Position numbers and translations under genes: made by a program
Assembly (NCBI GenBank): GCA_963764715.1
Contig: CAVXTP010000013.1
Span: forward strand, 32,001-96,000
DNA from: an uncultured Acidobacteriota bacterium
GTDB lineage: Bacteria > Acidobacteriota > Thermoanaerobaculia > UBA5066 > Gp7-AA6
DNA: 64,000 bases
Reading direction: 5' to 3'
Shown here: in pieces, positions 47,364 to 59,637 of the stretch
How positions within the stretch are numbered: the stretch's first letter is position 1
Layout: every line of letters begins with the position of its first letter
The notes under the pieces: model-generated
Database searches by the model: none
Seen by the model: only the letters and a program-made list of their open reading frames with translations
What the model was told of the DNA's origin: nothing

Positions 47364-50300
47364 TCACGCGGGGCGTGAAGACGGCGTGGACTCGGTCGGA
47401 AGCATGACGAGCTCTCCCGTGTGCAGGAAGAATAGTCCGGCGCGCGTCGGACGGCCGGTCAGGCGTTCCCAGTATCGCCGGTAGTGGCCGATCTGCGGGG
47501 CGTAGAAGGCCTCGAGGGCCGCCCGGTTCTCCGGAGTGACGGTGTCGGACTTGTAGTCGACGAGGACCCAGCCGTCCGGCTCCTCGAAGACGAGGTCGAT
47601 GGCGCCCTGGAGGACGGTCCCCGCCGGGGCTTCCGCCCGGTTGAGCTCCTGCGCCGGGACGGACAGTGCGAAGGGGACCTCGGCCAGACGGGTCTTCGAC
47701 GCGAGCGCCCGCGTCCAGAGGGGCGACTTCCGAACTCCTTCCACGATCCGCACGACGTCGTCGAGGTCCCCGGCCGGGCGCTCCTCCCCGGCGAGGAGGT
47801 TCGCGGCGACGAGGCGCAGGTCCGCCTTCGGGTCGCGCATCGCGGCTTCGAGCGCGCCGTGGAGCACCCGCCCCCACGACATGCCGCGACCCGTCGACTC
47901 CCAGGCCGGCTTCTCCCCGAGGTGCGCCACGTCCGTGACGGACACGACCCCGTACGAGGGAACCGCGCTCGCCTGCCGCCGCCGCAGGCGTTCGCGGCGG
48001 AAGGCTTCGAGCTCCCGCCCGACGGCCGCGAATCGCGCCGGCTGGGGAGGCGCCGGACCCGGTCCGGGCTCGGGCAGCTCCTGCGTCAGATAGGGTGCGA
48101 GGGCGCACCACGGGCCCTGCGCGTTCTCGCTCCGTCCCTGCTTCCAGAGGCTGACGACCAGCATGTCGCGGGCGCGGGTGGCCGCGACGTAGAGGAGTCG
48201 GAGCCTCTCGGCCTCGTCGAACGCCTCCGCGGCCGTCTCGAGCTCTTCCCACGCCGGAGGCTCGGCGACCTCGACGACTCCGAATCCTTCGGTCTCGCGG
48301 ATCACCCTCCAGTGGCCCCGCGCGCTCGCGAGGCGTCGGTCGATCGTGAACCGGATCGGCCGGTCGCGCTCCCGGCGGGGGTCGGCGAGGAACACCACCG
48401 GGGCCTCGAGGCCCTTGGCGCCGTGCACGGTCAGCAGGCGCACGGCGCCGGGGCGTCCGGGCCGGGCGCTCATCTCCTCGATGTAGCCCTCGTTGGTGAG
48501 CCGCTCGAGCTCCGCGACCACCCCGGCGAAGTCGAGGCCCTCGCCCGAGAACGTGCGCGCCGCGGCCATCGCCTTCAGCAGGTTGCCCGCGCGGCTGTCG
48601 GCGAGCTCCCGCGCGCCGGCATACGCGGTCCAGCCGAGCCGCTCGCCGAGTCGCGCAATTGCAGCCCCCGGCGGGAGGCTCTGCGCGAGCGCCTCGCCCT
48701 CGCGCAGGAGGTCGCAGGCTCGGGCGATCCGCGGGTCGGGATCCGGAGGAAGGGCGGCCCGGAACGAGAAGCGTCCTCCGGACCGGGAGTGCCGGTAGAG
48801 CGCCTCGTCGTCGACGCCGAAGAGCGGGCCGCGCAGCACCGCCGCGAACGGGACGGGATCGTCGGGGTCCGAGATCGTCGCGAGCAGCGGCAGCAGCGTG
48901 CGGAGCTCCTCGGAATCCTTGAAGGCCCCGCCGCCCGAGAGCTCGTACGGGATGCCGCGCGCCTCGAGCGCGCGCGCGTACTCGGACATGAACTTCCGCG
49001 TGCGAAAGAGGACGAGGAAATCGCCGGGCGCGCGCTCGCCGCGCCCCACTGCCCCTTCGATCGCGCGGGCGATCCGCAGCGAGTCCTGTTCGACGACGGG
49101 GGCCGTGGCCGGGCCGGAGGTGCGCGTCTGGAGCCGGAACACGGCGGGCTCGCCTTCGGCCCGCCGGGCCGAAAGGGGGACCCAGGCCGCCTGTTGGGGC
49201 GTCGAGGCCGGGGGGAACTCCCGCGCGAAGGCGCCGTTGACCCAGGCGCAGAGCCGCCCCGTCGACCGGAAGTTGGAGGAGAGGTGCAGGACCCGCCCGC
49301 TCTTCTCCAGACGCTCGCGCACCGCGCTGTACGTCTCGATGTCGGCGCGCCGGAAACGGTAGATGGACTGCTTGGGATCGCCCACGACGAAGAGGCTTCC
49401 GGGGCGCGGCGTAAGCTTCTTCCAGTCCTTCTCCTCGACGTCGGCGCCGGTCAGGTAGAAGAGGATCTCGGCCTGGATCGGGTCGGTGTCCTGGAATTCG
49501 TCGACGAGGATCGGCAGAAAGCGGTCCTGGAAGGCGGTCCGCACGCGCGGATGCCCCCGGAGGAGATCGCGTGCGATCAGGAGCAGGTCCTGGAAGTTGA
49601 GCCTCCCGTGGCGAAGGCGCCATGCGGCGTAGTCCTGCGCGGCCGGGGCGACGGCGCGCATCAGGATCGGGTGGAGGAACTCGCGCCAGCGCCGCAGGCC
49701 CGGCTCGAGCGCTTCGCGGCAGAGCGTCTCGAACTCGGCCCGCAGGCGCCCGGCCTCGGTCCCTTTCTTCTTCGCCCGGTCGAGCGCGTCGAGGACCTGC
49801 GCGAAGGCGGCGGCGTCGGCGGTGTCGCGCAGGGCCACGAGCCGGGCGGCCCGTCGCACGGCCTCCTGGTAGTCGGTCCAGCCGCCCGGCGGCATCTCCG
49901 TCGGAAGCTCGGCCTGAGCCCGGCCCAGAAACTTCGCGACCGCCGCGCGCTCGGCCGAGAAATCGGGCGCCGTCTCCTCCGCTCCGATCGACGGCACGAC
50001 ATCCTCGTTGTCCGACAGCGTCTCGTAGGTCTGGCGCAGGTCCTCGAGCCGGACGTTCAGCGCCGAGAGCCGCGGCAGGATCGGATTCTCGTCGGTGAAG
50101 AGCCGCTCGGTGTAGCGCTCCCAGGCCTCCAGGCGGGCGGCCGCGTTCTCGGGCTCGTCCATCTCGTCGAACCCCGGATCGACGCCGGCCTCGACCGGCC
50201 GCTCGCGGAGGAGCCGCGCGCAGAACGCGTGGATCGTGCCGACGAAAGCGGAGTCGAGGCGCGAGAGCGCGGCGTCGAGCCGCGACTTCTCCTCGCCGCT

Positions 50301-50561
50301 CGCCGCCCGCGCGGCCGCTTCGAGGCTCGTCTGGAATCTCTCGGACAGCTCCGCGGCCGCCTTGATCGTGAAGGTGACGGCGGACAGGCGGTCGATCGTC
50401 GTCGCGCCGGTGCGGATGAGCGCGGTCATTCGCTCGACGAGGCTCGTCGTCTTGCCGGTCCCGGCGGCGGCCTCGACGAGGAGCGAGGTGCCCAGGTCCT
50501 CGCGGATCGCGCGGCGGGCGTCCTCGTCGGGGAGGGCCCCGCGCGGCTCAGCCTTCGCCAT
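47364..50561 (-). CDS. AddA-like UvrD helicase with C-terminal PD-(D/E)XK nuclease
   Basis: AAAGTGKT, TIHAFC, DEFQD, VGDPKQSIYRFR, TVHGAKGLE and LLYVAATRA motifs; nuclease GAIDL...VDYKSD. Confidence 0.92.
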   Translation of the reverse strand: MAKAEPRGALPDEDARRAIREDLGTSLLVEAAAGTGKTTSLVERMTALIRTGATTIDRLSAVTFTIKAAAELSERFQTSLEAAARAASGEEKSRLDAALSRLDSAFVGTIHAFCARLLRERPVEAGVDPGFDEMDEPENAAARLEAWERYTERLFTDENPILPRLSALNVRLEDLRQTYETLSDNEDVVPSIGAEETAPDFSAERAAVAKFLGRAQAELPTEMPPGGWTDYQEAVRRAARLVALRDTADAAAFAQVLDALDRAKKKGTEAGRLRAEFETLCREALEPGLRRWREFLHPILMRAVAPAAQDYAAWRLRHGRLNFQDLLLIARDLLRGHPRVRTAFQDRFLPILVDEFQDTDPIQAEILFYLTGADVEEKDWKKLTPRPGSLFVVGDPKQSIYRFRRADIETYSAVRERLEKSGRVLHLSSNFRSTGRLCAWVNGAFAREFPPASTPQQAAWVPLSARRAEGEPAVFRLQTRTSGPATAPVVEQDSLRIARAIEGAVGRGERAPGDFLVLFRTRKFMSEYARALEARGIPYELSGGGAFKDSEELRTLLPLLATISDPDDPVPFAAVLRGPLFGVDDEALYRHSRSGGRFSFRAALPPDPDPRIARACDLLREGEALAQSLPPGAAIARLGERLGWTAYAGARELADSRAGNLLKAMAAARTFSGEGLDFAGVVAELERLTNEGYIEEMSARPGRPGAVRLLTVHGAKGLEAPVVFLADPRRERDRPIRFTIDRRLASARGHWRVIRETEGFGVVEVAEPPAWEELETAAEAFDEAERLRLLYVAATRARDMLVVSLWKQGRSENAQGPWCALAPYLTQELPEPGPGPAPPQPARFAAVGRELEAFRRERLRRRQASAVPSYGVVSVTDVAHLGEKPAWESTGRGMSWGRVLHGALEAAMRDPKADLRLVAANLLAGEERPAGDLDDVVRIVEGVRKSPLWTRALASKTRLAEVPFALSVPAQELNRAEAPAGTVLQGAIDLVFEEPDGWVLVDYKSDTVTPENRAALEAFYAPQIGHYRRYWERLTGRPTRAGLFFLHTGELVMLPTESTPSSRPA

Positions 50562-53500
50562 GGATCTCCCGGAACGCGCGGAGCGCCGGCAGGCTCGTCT
50601 TCGCGAGCTTCGCCGACGCGCGCTTCGCGGAGGCGAACGCGCCGCCGCAGACGGTTTCGTAGTCGCAGTAGCGGCAGTCGTCCTTGTCGGCGGCGTGGGG
50701 AAACGCGCCGGCCCGCAGCAGGTCGAGCAGGCGCGCGAGGACCTCCCGCGTCTCGTTCAGGTCGAGGACCATCGCCATGCGCTGGCCTTCGCCCTTGCGG
50801 CCGGGGAAGAAGTAGCCCGACCGCGACACGGGAGCGGCGATTCCCGCCCGGTTCAGGAGGATCTCGAGGGCCATGGCGTAGAGGGCGTGCTGGATCTGCC
50901 GTCCGCCGTGGATCCCGCGCTTCTCCTTGTGGCGCCACGTTCCGCCGGTCTTGTAATCCCAGACGTGGAAGGATCCGTCGGGGGCCTCGTCGACCCGGTC
51001 GATCGAGCCGCGGAGCGCGAAAGCCGCGCCGGCGCCGATCGCGATGGAGACGGGCTCGCGGCTGGCGATCGCCGCCCGCGCGTCCGCCCGCGGCAGGCCG
51101 AACGGGATCTCGAAATAGCGCGGCGTCATCTCCCGGCAGTGCTCCTCTTCGAGCGCGAGGAACGTGCGGAGAGCGACGAGGATGTCGTCGCGCCGCTGGC
51201 CGAACGCCAGCTCCGAGGGCGGCGGGACTTTTTCCCGCCAGGCCGCCATCTGCCCGGCCGCGATCTCCTCGAGGAGGGGGGCGTGCCGGGCGGCGTCCGG
51301 TTTCTCGCCGGCGGCCGTGATCTTCTCGAAGAAGAGGCGGAAGACCTCGTGGAGGAGGGAGCCCGCCGTCATCGGATCGAGCCACTCCGTCGTGTCCCGT
51401 TCGAGCTCCTTCGGCGGCTCGATGCGCAGAACGTGCTTGAGGAAGTACTGAAAGGGGCACCGGGCCAGCGTCTCCAGGCGCGAGGCCGACTGGGGCTCGC
51501 CGCTCTCGCGGGGATCGAGCTCCGGCGTCCCGCTCCGGACCCACCCGTCGTAGATCGTGAACTCTTCCGAGCCGCGGGCCTCCTCGGCGCGGTGTCCCGC
51601 CTCGAGGTGGGGGTAGATCTCGCGGACCAGGGGAGCCGCCGCGCCCGCAGCCGCGGAGGGACCGGCGGCGGCGAGAACGGAGAGCCACCACTCGGTCTCG
51701 TCGAGAGCGGCGGAAGCGCCGGGCACGAATCCGGCCGCCTCGGGCAGAGCGGCGAGGAGATCGCTGTAGTCGGCCTGCGGCTCGCCCGCCCGGACGCGGT
51801 GAAGATCCAGGAAGAAGGGCGACGGAAACTGCTCGCTCTGTTGATCGAGGCTGCGCAGGTTCCAGCTCGAGTAGCTCGCCGTCAGGTGGCCGGTGACGCG
51901 GGCGACGCCGGCCTGGAGGGCGCGGGCCGATTCGCGGGGGCGCTCGCGATAGAGCGGCAGGCTGAGGGGCGCCAGAATCCGGTTGATGCTCCGGCGCTCG
52001 GCGTCGAGAAGGACGGGGTCTTCGAGGTCGGCGCCCGGATGCCGGGCCTCGTCGAGCCCGAGCAGATACGTGTGCGCCCGGCCGGAGAAGCCGCCGGAGC
52101 GGTAGTCGGCGACGTGCACCCGACCGGGCCGAGCGCGGTCGGCGTCGATCGACAGGGCGCGCACGGCATCCGCCAGGCGGCCGGCGGCTTCGGTCGGAGG
52201 GAGGGGAGTCGACGGGAGAACCTCCAGCTCCTCGAGGAGCTTCTCGAGGGCCGCGAGCGCCGTCGCGTCGAGCTCACCCGCGACGCGGGCGAACTCGCCG
52301 ACGAAAGTGCGGCAGCCGCGGGCGAGGGCCCGCAGGTCGCAGGCCGGCGCCGACGCGTCCGCGGCGAGCGCCAGCGCCCGCGAGGCGAACTCCCGGGCGC
52401 GCGTCGCCGCGGCCAGCCGCCGCGCCCGGCGTTCGGCGCGCTCGGCCCTTTCGCTCTCCCCGGCCTCGTCCGCTTCGCGGCCGCCCGCGTCGGGCTGTGC
52501 GAGCTCGGCGATCAGCCGATCGAGCGCGGCCGCGTGGCGCCGCGCGCCCCAGCCGATCTGCGCCTCGCGAAACGCGCGGGCGACGGCCCGGGTGCCCGGG
52601 CCTCCCTCCGCGGAACCGGCCACGCGCTCGAAGGTCAGCGCGCCCGCGGCGAGGGCTTTCCGCAGAACGTCGGCCTCGAATCCGCCTCCGACCCAGTCGA
52701 GAAACGTCAGCGCGGCCTGGCCCGGATGCGTGAACGGCGCGGCGACGCCCGAGCCGAAAGTGCACGGGACGCCGTGCTCGCAGGCGAGCTCCCACGCAAG
52801 GGCCGGATAGGTTCCGGGGTCGGTATAGAGGATCTCGACCTGGTCGAAGGGGATTTCGCCCTCGAGAATGCGTCGAAAGACCTCGCGGATCTCGTTCTCT
52901 TCGCCCACGGCGCGCACGAGCCGGGCCCGGGCCGCCACCGAGGCCCACTGCGCGAGAGGTTCCGTCGGCAGCACTTCGAGCCGGCCGGCCGCGACTTTCT
53001 CGACGAGCGAGCGCTCGACGGCGGTCAGGTCCGCGTCCTCCGGCAGGAGATAGACCGGCGCCGACGGGCCGGGGCCCGCCGCCTCGACCGCCCGGCGGAG
53101 CACCGCCGCCGAGTCGATGAACCGGCCCTTCGCGAGATCGGCGTCGTACCGGGACAGGATGCCCCGGAGCTCCTGGAGCTTGCGCGGATCGTCGAACGCC
53201 CCGGGCGGCAGGGCCGCCGCCGAGAGGCCGGCGGCGCGGATCTCCTCGAACGTGCGCTGGAGCGCCCGGTGGAATCCGGGCCGGTCGCGGAGCTGACCGA
53301 AATAGGACTTCGGCGTCAGGAATTCGGCGCAGGCCTGCTCGACCAGGGCGAGGGCCTGGGCGCGCGAAAGCAGTCGCAGCCCCTCCCGCGCCAGGGCCGG
53401 GCCGACGCGGTCGAGGGCGAGGGTGCGCACGGTCGCGACGCGCAGGTTCATCCAGGGCTGCCCTTCGCGGGCCAGCCGCTCGACGAGGGTGTGGCCGATC

Positions 53501-53646
53501 GCGAGCGACGGCGCGACGAGCACCTTCTCCTCGAGCGGGCGCTCGCGGCAGACGCGGGCGAGCGAGTCGATCAGTCGCGCGGGGGCGACGGCCGCCTCCG
53601 GGCGAGGCTCGGGCTCGTCGAACGGGAGAAAGGGCTGCTCCGCCAT
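50548..53646 (-). CDS. AddB-like PD-(D/E)XK nuclease subunit with Fe-S cysteines
   Basis: SASRLE...CPFQYF, RGSIDRVD...WDYKTG, Q...Y and C-terminal CRYC...VC; overlaps the AddA-like gene. Confidence 0.85.
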   Translation of the reverse strand: MAEQPFLPFDEPEPRPEAAVAPARLIDSLARVCRERPLEEKVLVAPSLAIGHTLVERLAREGQPWMNLRVATVRTLALDRVGPALAREGLRLLSRAQALALVEQACAEFLTPKSYFGQLRDRPGFHRALQRTFEEIRAAGLSAAALPPGAFDDPRKLQELRGILSRYDADLAKGRFIDSAAVLRRAVEAAGPGPSAPVYLLPEDADLTAVERSLVEKVAAGRLEVLPTEPLAQWASVAARARLVRAVGEENEIREVFRRILEGEIPFDQVEILYTDPGTYPALAWELACEHGVPCTFGSGVAAPFTHPGQAALTFLDWVGGGFEADVLRKALAAGALTFERVAGSAEGGPGTRAVARAFREAQIGWGARRHAAALDRLIAELAQPDAGGREADEAGESERAERAERRARRLAAATRAREFASRALALAADASAPACDLRALARGCRTFVGEFARVAGELDATALAALEKLLEELEVLPSTPLPPTEAAGRLADAVRALSIDADRARPGRVHVADYRSGGFSGRAHTYLLGLDEARHPGADLEDPVLLDAERRSINRILAPLSLPLYRERPRESARALQAGVARVTGHLTASYSSWNLRSLDQQSEQFPSPFFLDLHRVRAGEPQADYSDLLAALPEAAGFVPGASAALDETEWWLSVLAAAGPSAAAGAAAPLVREIYPHLEAGHRAEEARGSEEFTIYDGWVRSGTPELDPRESGEPQSASRLETLARCPFQYFLKHVLRIEPPKELERDTTEWLDPMTAGSLLHEVFRLFFEKITAAGEKPDAARHAPLLEEIAAGQMAAWREKVPPPSELAFGQRRDDILVALRTFLALEEEHCREMTPRYFEIPFGLPRADARAAIASREPVSIAIGAGAAFALRGSIDRVDEAPDGSFHVWDYKTGGTWRHKEKRGIHGGRQIQHALYAMALEILLNRAGIAAPVSRSGYFFPGRKGEGQRMAMVLDLNETREVLARLLDLLRAGAFPHAADKDDCRYCDYETVCGGAFASAKRASAKLAKTSLPALRAFREIHGEG

Positions 53647-53712
53647 GGACGCCGCACATTCTGTCTCACTCGATGGACAAACGTCGTCCGGGCGAAGGGA
53701 GTAGACTCCGGG

Positions 53713-55583
<1,871 letters not shown>

Positions 55584-55604
55584 GGGCGGGGGAGTGCCCC
55601 GCCC
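55584..55604. terminator. GC hairpin between convergent genes (terminator or degenerate REP)
   Basis: GGGCGGGG-gagtg-CCCCGCCC, similar to the family B half-site; no U tract. Confidence 0.45.
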
Positions 55605-55613
55605 GCGGCGCCC

Positions 55614-56384
55614 CTAGAACTTCGCCACGATCCCGACGGCCGTCGCGGTGTCGGTGTGGCCGAAGCCCTCGACCGGCTGGTTGCGCCAGAGCACGGTCCA
55701 CGACGCCTGCAGGGCGAAGACCTTGGAGATGTCGGCCGTGATCGCCGCCTTGTTGGTGATGAAGTAGTTCTGCGTGTCGTCGAGATCGAGCAGGTAGCCG
55801 AAGTCGTTCGTGAAGGCCGCCGTCTTGGTGAACTGCCACTTGTAGGCGAGGGCCGCCCGCACGTTGGCGTAGCTGCGCGAGGGCTGGACGATGTCGTCGA
55901 TGATGTCCTTCTCGTTCGTCCAGCCGACGCCGCCTTCGACCCGCAGGAACTGCGTCGGGCCCTTGAAGAGCTTGTAGCCGGCGCCGGCGTCAACGCTGTA
56001 CAGGGAGTCGATGCCCGAAAACGTGTTCCGCAGGTAGCCGCCGCCGGCGAAGACGTCGAGGCGCTCGGTGAGGTCGCGCGAGGCGCGCAGGGACACCACC
56101 GTCGACTGGGCGGTCGTGACGCCGTCGGTCGCCGAATAGAGGTAGGCGCCCTTCAGGGTGAAGAGCCACGGCTTGGGGTTGTAATTGACTTCCGCGGCTC
56201 CGCCGATCGACGTCGTGTCCGTGTTGCCCGAGGTCGACAGGAACGAGAAGTTGACCTTGCCGAACCAGAGCGGATCGGGCGGAGGCGGCGGCTCCGGGCA
56301 CGGGCACGGAGGCGGCGTCTGCGCCAGCGCGCTTCCGGCGGCGAGAATGAGGACAATGAGGATGGAGACCAGGCGAATCTTCAC
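55614..56384 (-). CDS. DUF481 (YdiY-like) outer-membrane beta-barrel protein
   Basis: Signal peptide, Pro-rich linker, STSGNTDT, amphipathic strands, terminal F; GTG start after an AAGGGGG SD. Confidence 0.85.
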   Translation of the reverse strand: MKIRLVSILIVLILAAGSALAQTPPPCPCPEPPPPPDPLWFGKVNFSFLSTSGNTDTTSIGGAAEVNYNPKPWLFTLKGAYLYSATDGVTTAQSTVVSLRASRDLTERLDVFAGGGYLRNTFSGIDSLYSVDAGAGYKLFKGPTQFLRVEGGVGWTNEKDIIDDIVQPSRSYANVRAALAYKWQFTKTAAFTNDFGYLLDLDDTQNYFITNKAAITADISKVFALQASWTVLWRNQPVEGFGHTDTATAVGIVAKF

Positions 56385-56539
56385 GGTACCCCCCTTCAGC
56401 GAAGTCGGGATCCTAGCACCCGGAAACGGCCGGACGACCAACGTGTCGGGCCCGGTTTCGTCGAGGAATCCGTTGAAACCTTTTCCGGGGCGATTCCGAA
56501 TATGAGGGAATGCCGGCCCCCCGGCACGAGGAGGTTCTC

Positions 56540-57316
56540 ATGACCGAGGTGACCCGACACGAGCCCGGCTCCTTTTCGTGGGTGGAGCTCGCCACGAGCG
56601 ATCCCGCCGCCGCCAAGTCGTTCTATGCGACGCTCTTCGGCTGGGCGCCCGTCGACTCGCCGATGGGCCCCGGGCCCGAGGACGTCTACACGCGCCTCCA
56701 GATCGGCGGCAGGGACGTCGGCGCGCTCTACAAGATGATGAAGGAGCAGGCCGCGCAGGGCGTGCCGCCCAACTGGCTCTGCTACGTGGCCGTCGCGAGC
56801 GCCGACGAAACGGCGGCGAAGGCGAAGTCGCTCGGAGCGACGATCCTCGCCGAGCCCTTCGACGTCATGGAGTACGGCCGCATGGCGATGCTGCAGGACC
56901 CGGAGGGGGCCGTGTTCGCGATCTGGCAGGCGAAGCAGCACACCGGCATCCAGCTCGCCGGCGAGCCGGGCACGGCGTGCTGGTGCGAGCTCTCGTCGCG
57001 GGATGCGGCGAAGGCCGGCAAGTTCTACTCGGGCCTCTTCGGCTGGCAGCTGAAGACCTCCGATCCCGCGTACCACGAGATCTCGAGGGGCGGTGTCCCG
57101 ATCGGCGGGATCCTTCCGCTCGGTCCGGAGATGCAGGGCGTCCCGCCGCACTGGGGGGTCTACTTCCAGGTCGCCGACTGCGACGCGACCGTCGCGAAGG
57201 CGACGAAGCTCGGAGGAAAGCTCTGCTTCGGCCCGCACGACATCGCCAACGTCGGCCGGTTCGCCGCGGTCCAGGACCCGCAGGGCGCGGCGTTCTCGGT
57301 CATCAGGCTCGGGTGA
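56540..57316 (+). CDS. Two-domain VOC/glyoxalase family protein
   Basis: Duplicated W.EL...D...A..FY..LFGW and GR.A..QDP.GA.F; GAGGAGG SD. Confidence 0.92.
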   Translation: MTEVTRHEPGSFSWVELATSDPAAAKSFYATLFGWAPVDSPMGPGPEDVYTRLQIGGRDVGALYKMMKEQAAQGVPPNWLCYVAVASADETAAKAKSLGATILAEPFDVMEYGRMAMLQDPEGAVFAIWQAKQHTGIQLAGEPGTACWCELSSRDAAKAGKFYSGLFGWQLKTSDPAYHEISRGGVPIGGILPLGPEMQGVPPHWGVYFQVADCDATVAKATKLGGKLCFGPHDIANVGRFAAVQDPQGAAFSVIRLG

Positions 57317-57332
57317 GCGCGACCGCCGTCCG

Positions 57333-58415
57333 TCAGACCTTGACGAAGATGCGCTTGCGGTAGAGCAGGCCGAAGACCGCGATCCAGACCGCGAGATACG
57401 CGAGCGCGAAGAGGAGCGATCCGAGACGCGGGTCGGCGAACCGGTCGAACAGCGCCCGGTACGCGGTCGTCCAGGGGGAATGGGGCTTGCCGTCCGGGCC
57501 CGGGACCTTGATCGCGATCAGGGCCACGGCCGTCAGCGACGACAGCAGAAAAGCCGCGATGGCGTTGCGGCCCAGCCACACGAAGGGCGCGGCCCAGGCC
57601 CGCCGGCCGGCCACGTCGACGACCGCGACGCAGGCGGCCAGCGCGATCGCGGCGAGCCCGGACATCAGCAGCGCGTAAGACGAGGTCCACAGGTTCTTGT
57701 TGACCGGAAAGACGAGTCCCCACGCGAGGCCCGCGGCCGTCGCGGCGATGCCGCCGCCGAGGAGGGCCGCGATCTTGCGCGCCAGGGGAGACGGCGAGCG
57801 CAGGCGCTCCCCGGCCAGGACGCCGAGGAGGGTCGTCGCGACCGCGGGCAGCGTCGAGAGCAGTCCCTCGGGATCGAACGCCGGGCGGTACATGTGGGGC
57901 CCCAGCAGCGCGCGGTCGAGCCGGGCCGCGAGATTCCCCTCGGGGTCGAGCGGGCCGGTCGACAGGATCGCCCAGTACCCGAGGAGCAATGCCGCTGCGC
58001 CCCAGGCCGCGCCGCGCATACCGGCCACAAGGTAGATCGCGCCCGCACAGAGCACACAGAGGGCGATGCGCTGGAGAACGCCGGGGACGCGGAAGTGCTC
58101 GCGGTGGAACGCGAGAAAGCCGGCGAGGTTGAGAACGAGCCCCAGGACGAAGAGAACGGCCGAGCGGATCACGGTTTTGCGGAACAGCGCGTCGGCCGAA
58201 GCGCCGGCGGCGCGCCGGCCGCCGAGCGAGAGAGCGATCGAGACGCCGACCGTGAAGAGGAAGAACGGGAAGATCGTGTCGGTGTACGTCCAGCCGTGCC
58301 ATTCGGCGTGCTCGAGCGGGGGATAGACGGCCGACCAGGTGCCGGGGTTGTTGACGACGATCATGCCCGCGATCGTCGCGCCGCGCAGGGCGTCCACCGA
58401 TTCGAGGCGGGGCAT
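57333..58415 (-). CDS. NagX/heparan-alpha-glucosaminide N-acetyltransferase-like membrane protein
   Basis: RLESVDALRG, MIVVNNPG, HAEWHG, GVLQRIA, FDPEGLLST and NKNLWTSSY motifs. Confidence 0.9.
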   Translation of the reverse strand: MPRLESVDALRGATIAGMIVVNNPGTWSAVYPPLEHAEWHGWTYTDTIFPFFLFTVGVSIALSLGGRRAAGASADALFRKTVIRSAVLFVLGLVLNLAGFLAFHREHFRVPGVLQRIALCVLCAGAIYLVAGMRGAAWGAAALLLGYWAILSTGPLDPEGNLAARLDRALLGPHMYRPAFDPEGLLSTLPAVATTLLGVLAGERLRSPSPLARKIAALLGGGIAATAAGLAWGLVFPVNKNLWTSSYALLMSGLAAIALAACVAVVDVAGRRAWAAPFVWLGRNAIAAFLLSSLTAVALIAIKVPGPDGKPHSPWTTAYRALFDRFADPRLGSLLFALAYLAVWIAVFGLLYRKRIFVKV

Positions 58416-58461
58416 CGAACGACTTTACTCCGGGGACGAGGCGGCTCCGGCCGGCGCGGCT

Positions 58462-59631
58462 CTAAGGCTTTTTCTCGAAGCGGCCGGCGAGGCCGTCGGG
58501 CTCCTTGCCGGTCGGCCAGGCGTCGGCGACCTTGAGGAGGTCGAGGTCGAGCACGACGACGACGTCCGCGTGGGCGGCGGCGACCCAGGCCCGCTTTCCG
58601 TCGGGCGCGATCAGGAGGCCGACCGGAGCGGAGCTCGCGCCGAACCTCTTCTGAAAGACCCGCGAATCGCTTCCGGCGACGGCGTCGCGGCCGAGGGGGA
58701 TGCGCTTGACCTCGGCGCGGGTCGCGACGTCGAAGACGCCGACGTCGCCCGAGCCCGTGAAGGAGACGAGGGCGCGCTTGCCGTCGGGCGCGATGCGCAC
58801 GCGGATCGGAAAGGAGCCCGCCTTGATCGTCGCGACGACCTTCGCCGACTTCGCGTCGATGACCGAGATCGTGTTGGACTCGCGATTGGCGACCCAGATC
58901 TCGCGCCCGTCGGGCGTGACGTCGAGGCCCTCGGCGCCGCGGCCCGTCGGGATGTCGCCGAGGACCTTGCCCCCCGGAACGTCGATCTCGGTGACGACGC
59001 CTCTCCGCAGGGCCGTGACCCACGCGATCTTGCCGTCGGGCGAGGCGGCGACCATGTGCGAGAGGTCGTGGCCGGTCGGGATGCGCACGGTGACGCGGGC
59101 CGTTTTCGGGTCGACGACGGCGAGCTCCTTCTTGCCCTCCGCGGTCACGAGGAGCCGGCCGTCTTTCAGGGCGAAGAGACCGTGGGGCCGCGAGCCCTCC
59201 CCGAGGTCGACGCGGGAGTTCACCTTGCCGGTCGCGATGTCGATGAGCGCGACGACCCGGCCCGGGGAGCCGGCGCGTCCGTAGTCGCTGACGGCCACGG
59301 TCTTGCCGTCGGCGAGGACCTCCGCCTCGTGCGGGCCGGATTCGACCGGCGCCGTCCACTTCAGCTTGCCCGTCGCGGCGTCGAAGACCGAGATCGAGTT
59401 GTCCGACTTGTTGACGACGACGAGGGCGTCGTTCGAGGGCCGCGGCGTCGGGGTCGGCGTGGGCGGCCCGGTCGGCGAGGGCGACGGGCTGCGGCCCCGG
59501 GAGCCCGGGCGCGGCGTCGCGGTCGGCCGGGGGGTCGAGACGCTCCCGGGGCTCGCGGCCCCGGGCGCAACGTTGGGGGATCCGGATGCCGTCTGGAGCA
59601 GGAGGAGGCCGGACAGGGCGAATTCGAGCAT
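58462..59631 (-). CDS. YVTN/YncE-type beta-propeller protein with Pro/Thr/Ser-rich linker
   Basis: Repeated (S/T/A)PDG blades and NTISVID; PSPSPTGPPTPTPTP linker. Confidence 0.85.
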   Translation of the reverse strand: MLEFALSGLLLLQTASGSPNVAPGAASPGSVSTPRPTATPRPGSRGRSPSPSPTGPPTPTPTPRPSNDALVVVNKSDNSISVFDAATGKLKWTAPVESGPHEAEVLADGKTVAVSDYGRAGSPGRVVALIDIATGKVNSRVDLGEGSRPHGLFALKDGRLLVTAEGKKELAVVDPKTARVTVRIPTGHDLSHMVAASPDGKIAWVTALRRGVVTEIDVPGGKVLGDIPTGRGAEGLDVTPDGREIWVANRESNTISVIDAKSAKVVATIKAGSFPIRVRIAPDGKRALVSFTGSGDVGVFDVATRAEVKRIPLGRDAVAGSDSRVFQKRFGASSAPVGLLIAPDGKRAWVAAAHADVVVVLDLDLLKVADAWPTGKEPDGLAGRFEKKP

Positions 59632-59637
59632 CGGCAG

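Noticed and set aside
35800-53646. Lhr and the AddAB-like helicase-nuclease as a novel anti-phage system
   Set aside because: Motifs and context (lhr-nei, the addB-addA order, housekeeping neighbours, no obvious compositional shift) fit ordinary DNA repair.
59420-59580. Short periodic repeats in the YVTN gene, and the CCG-rich run at about 56275-56320
   Set aside because: They are explained by Pro/Thr/Ser-rich protein linkers rather than DNA-level elements.
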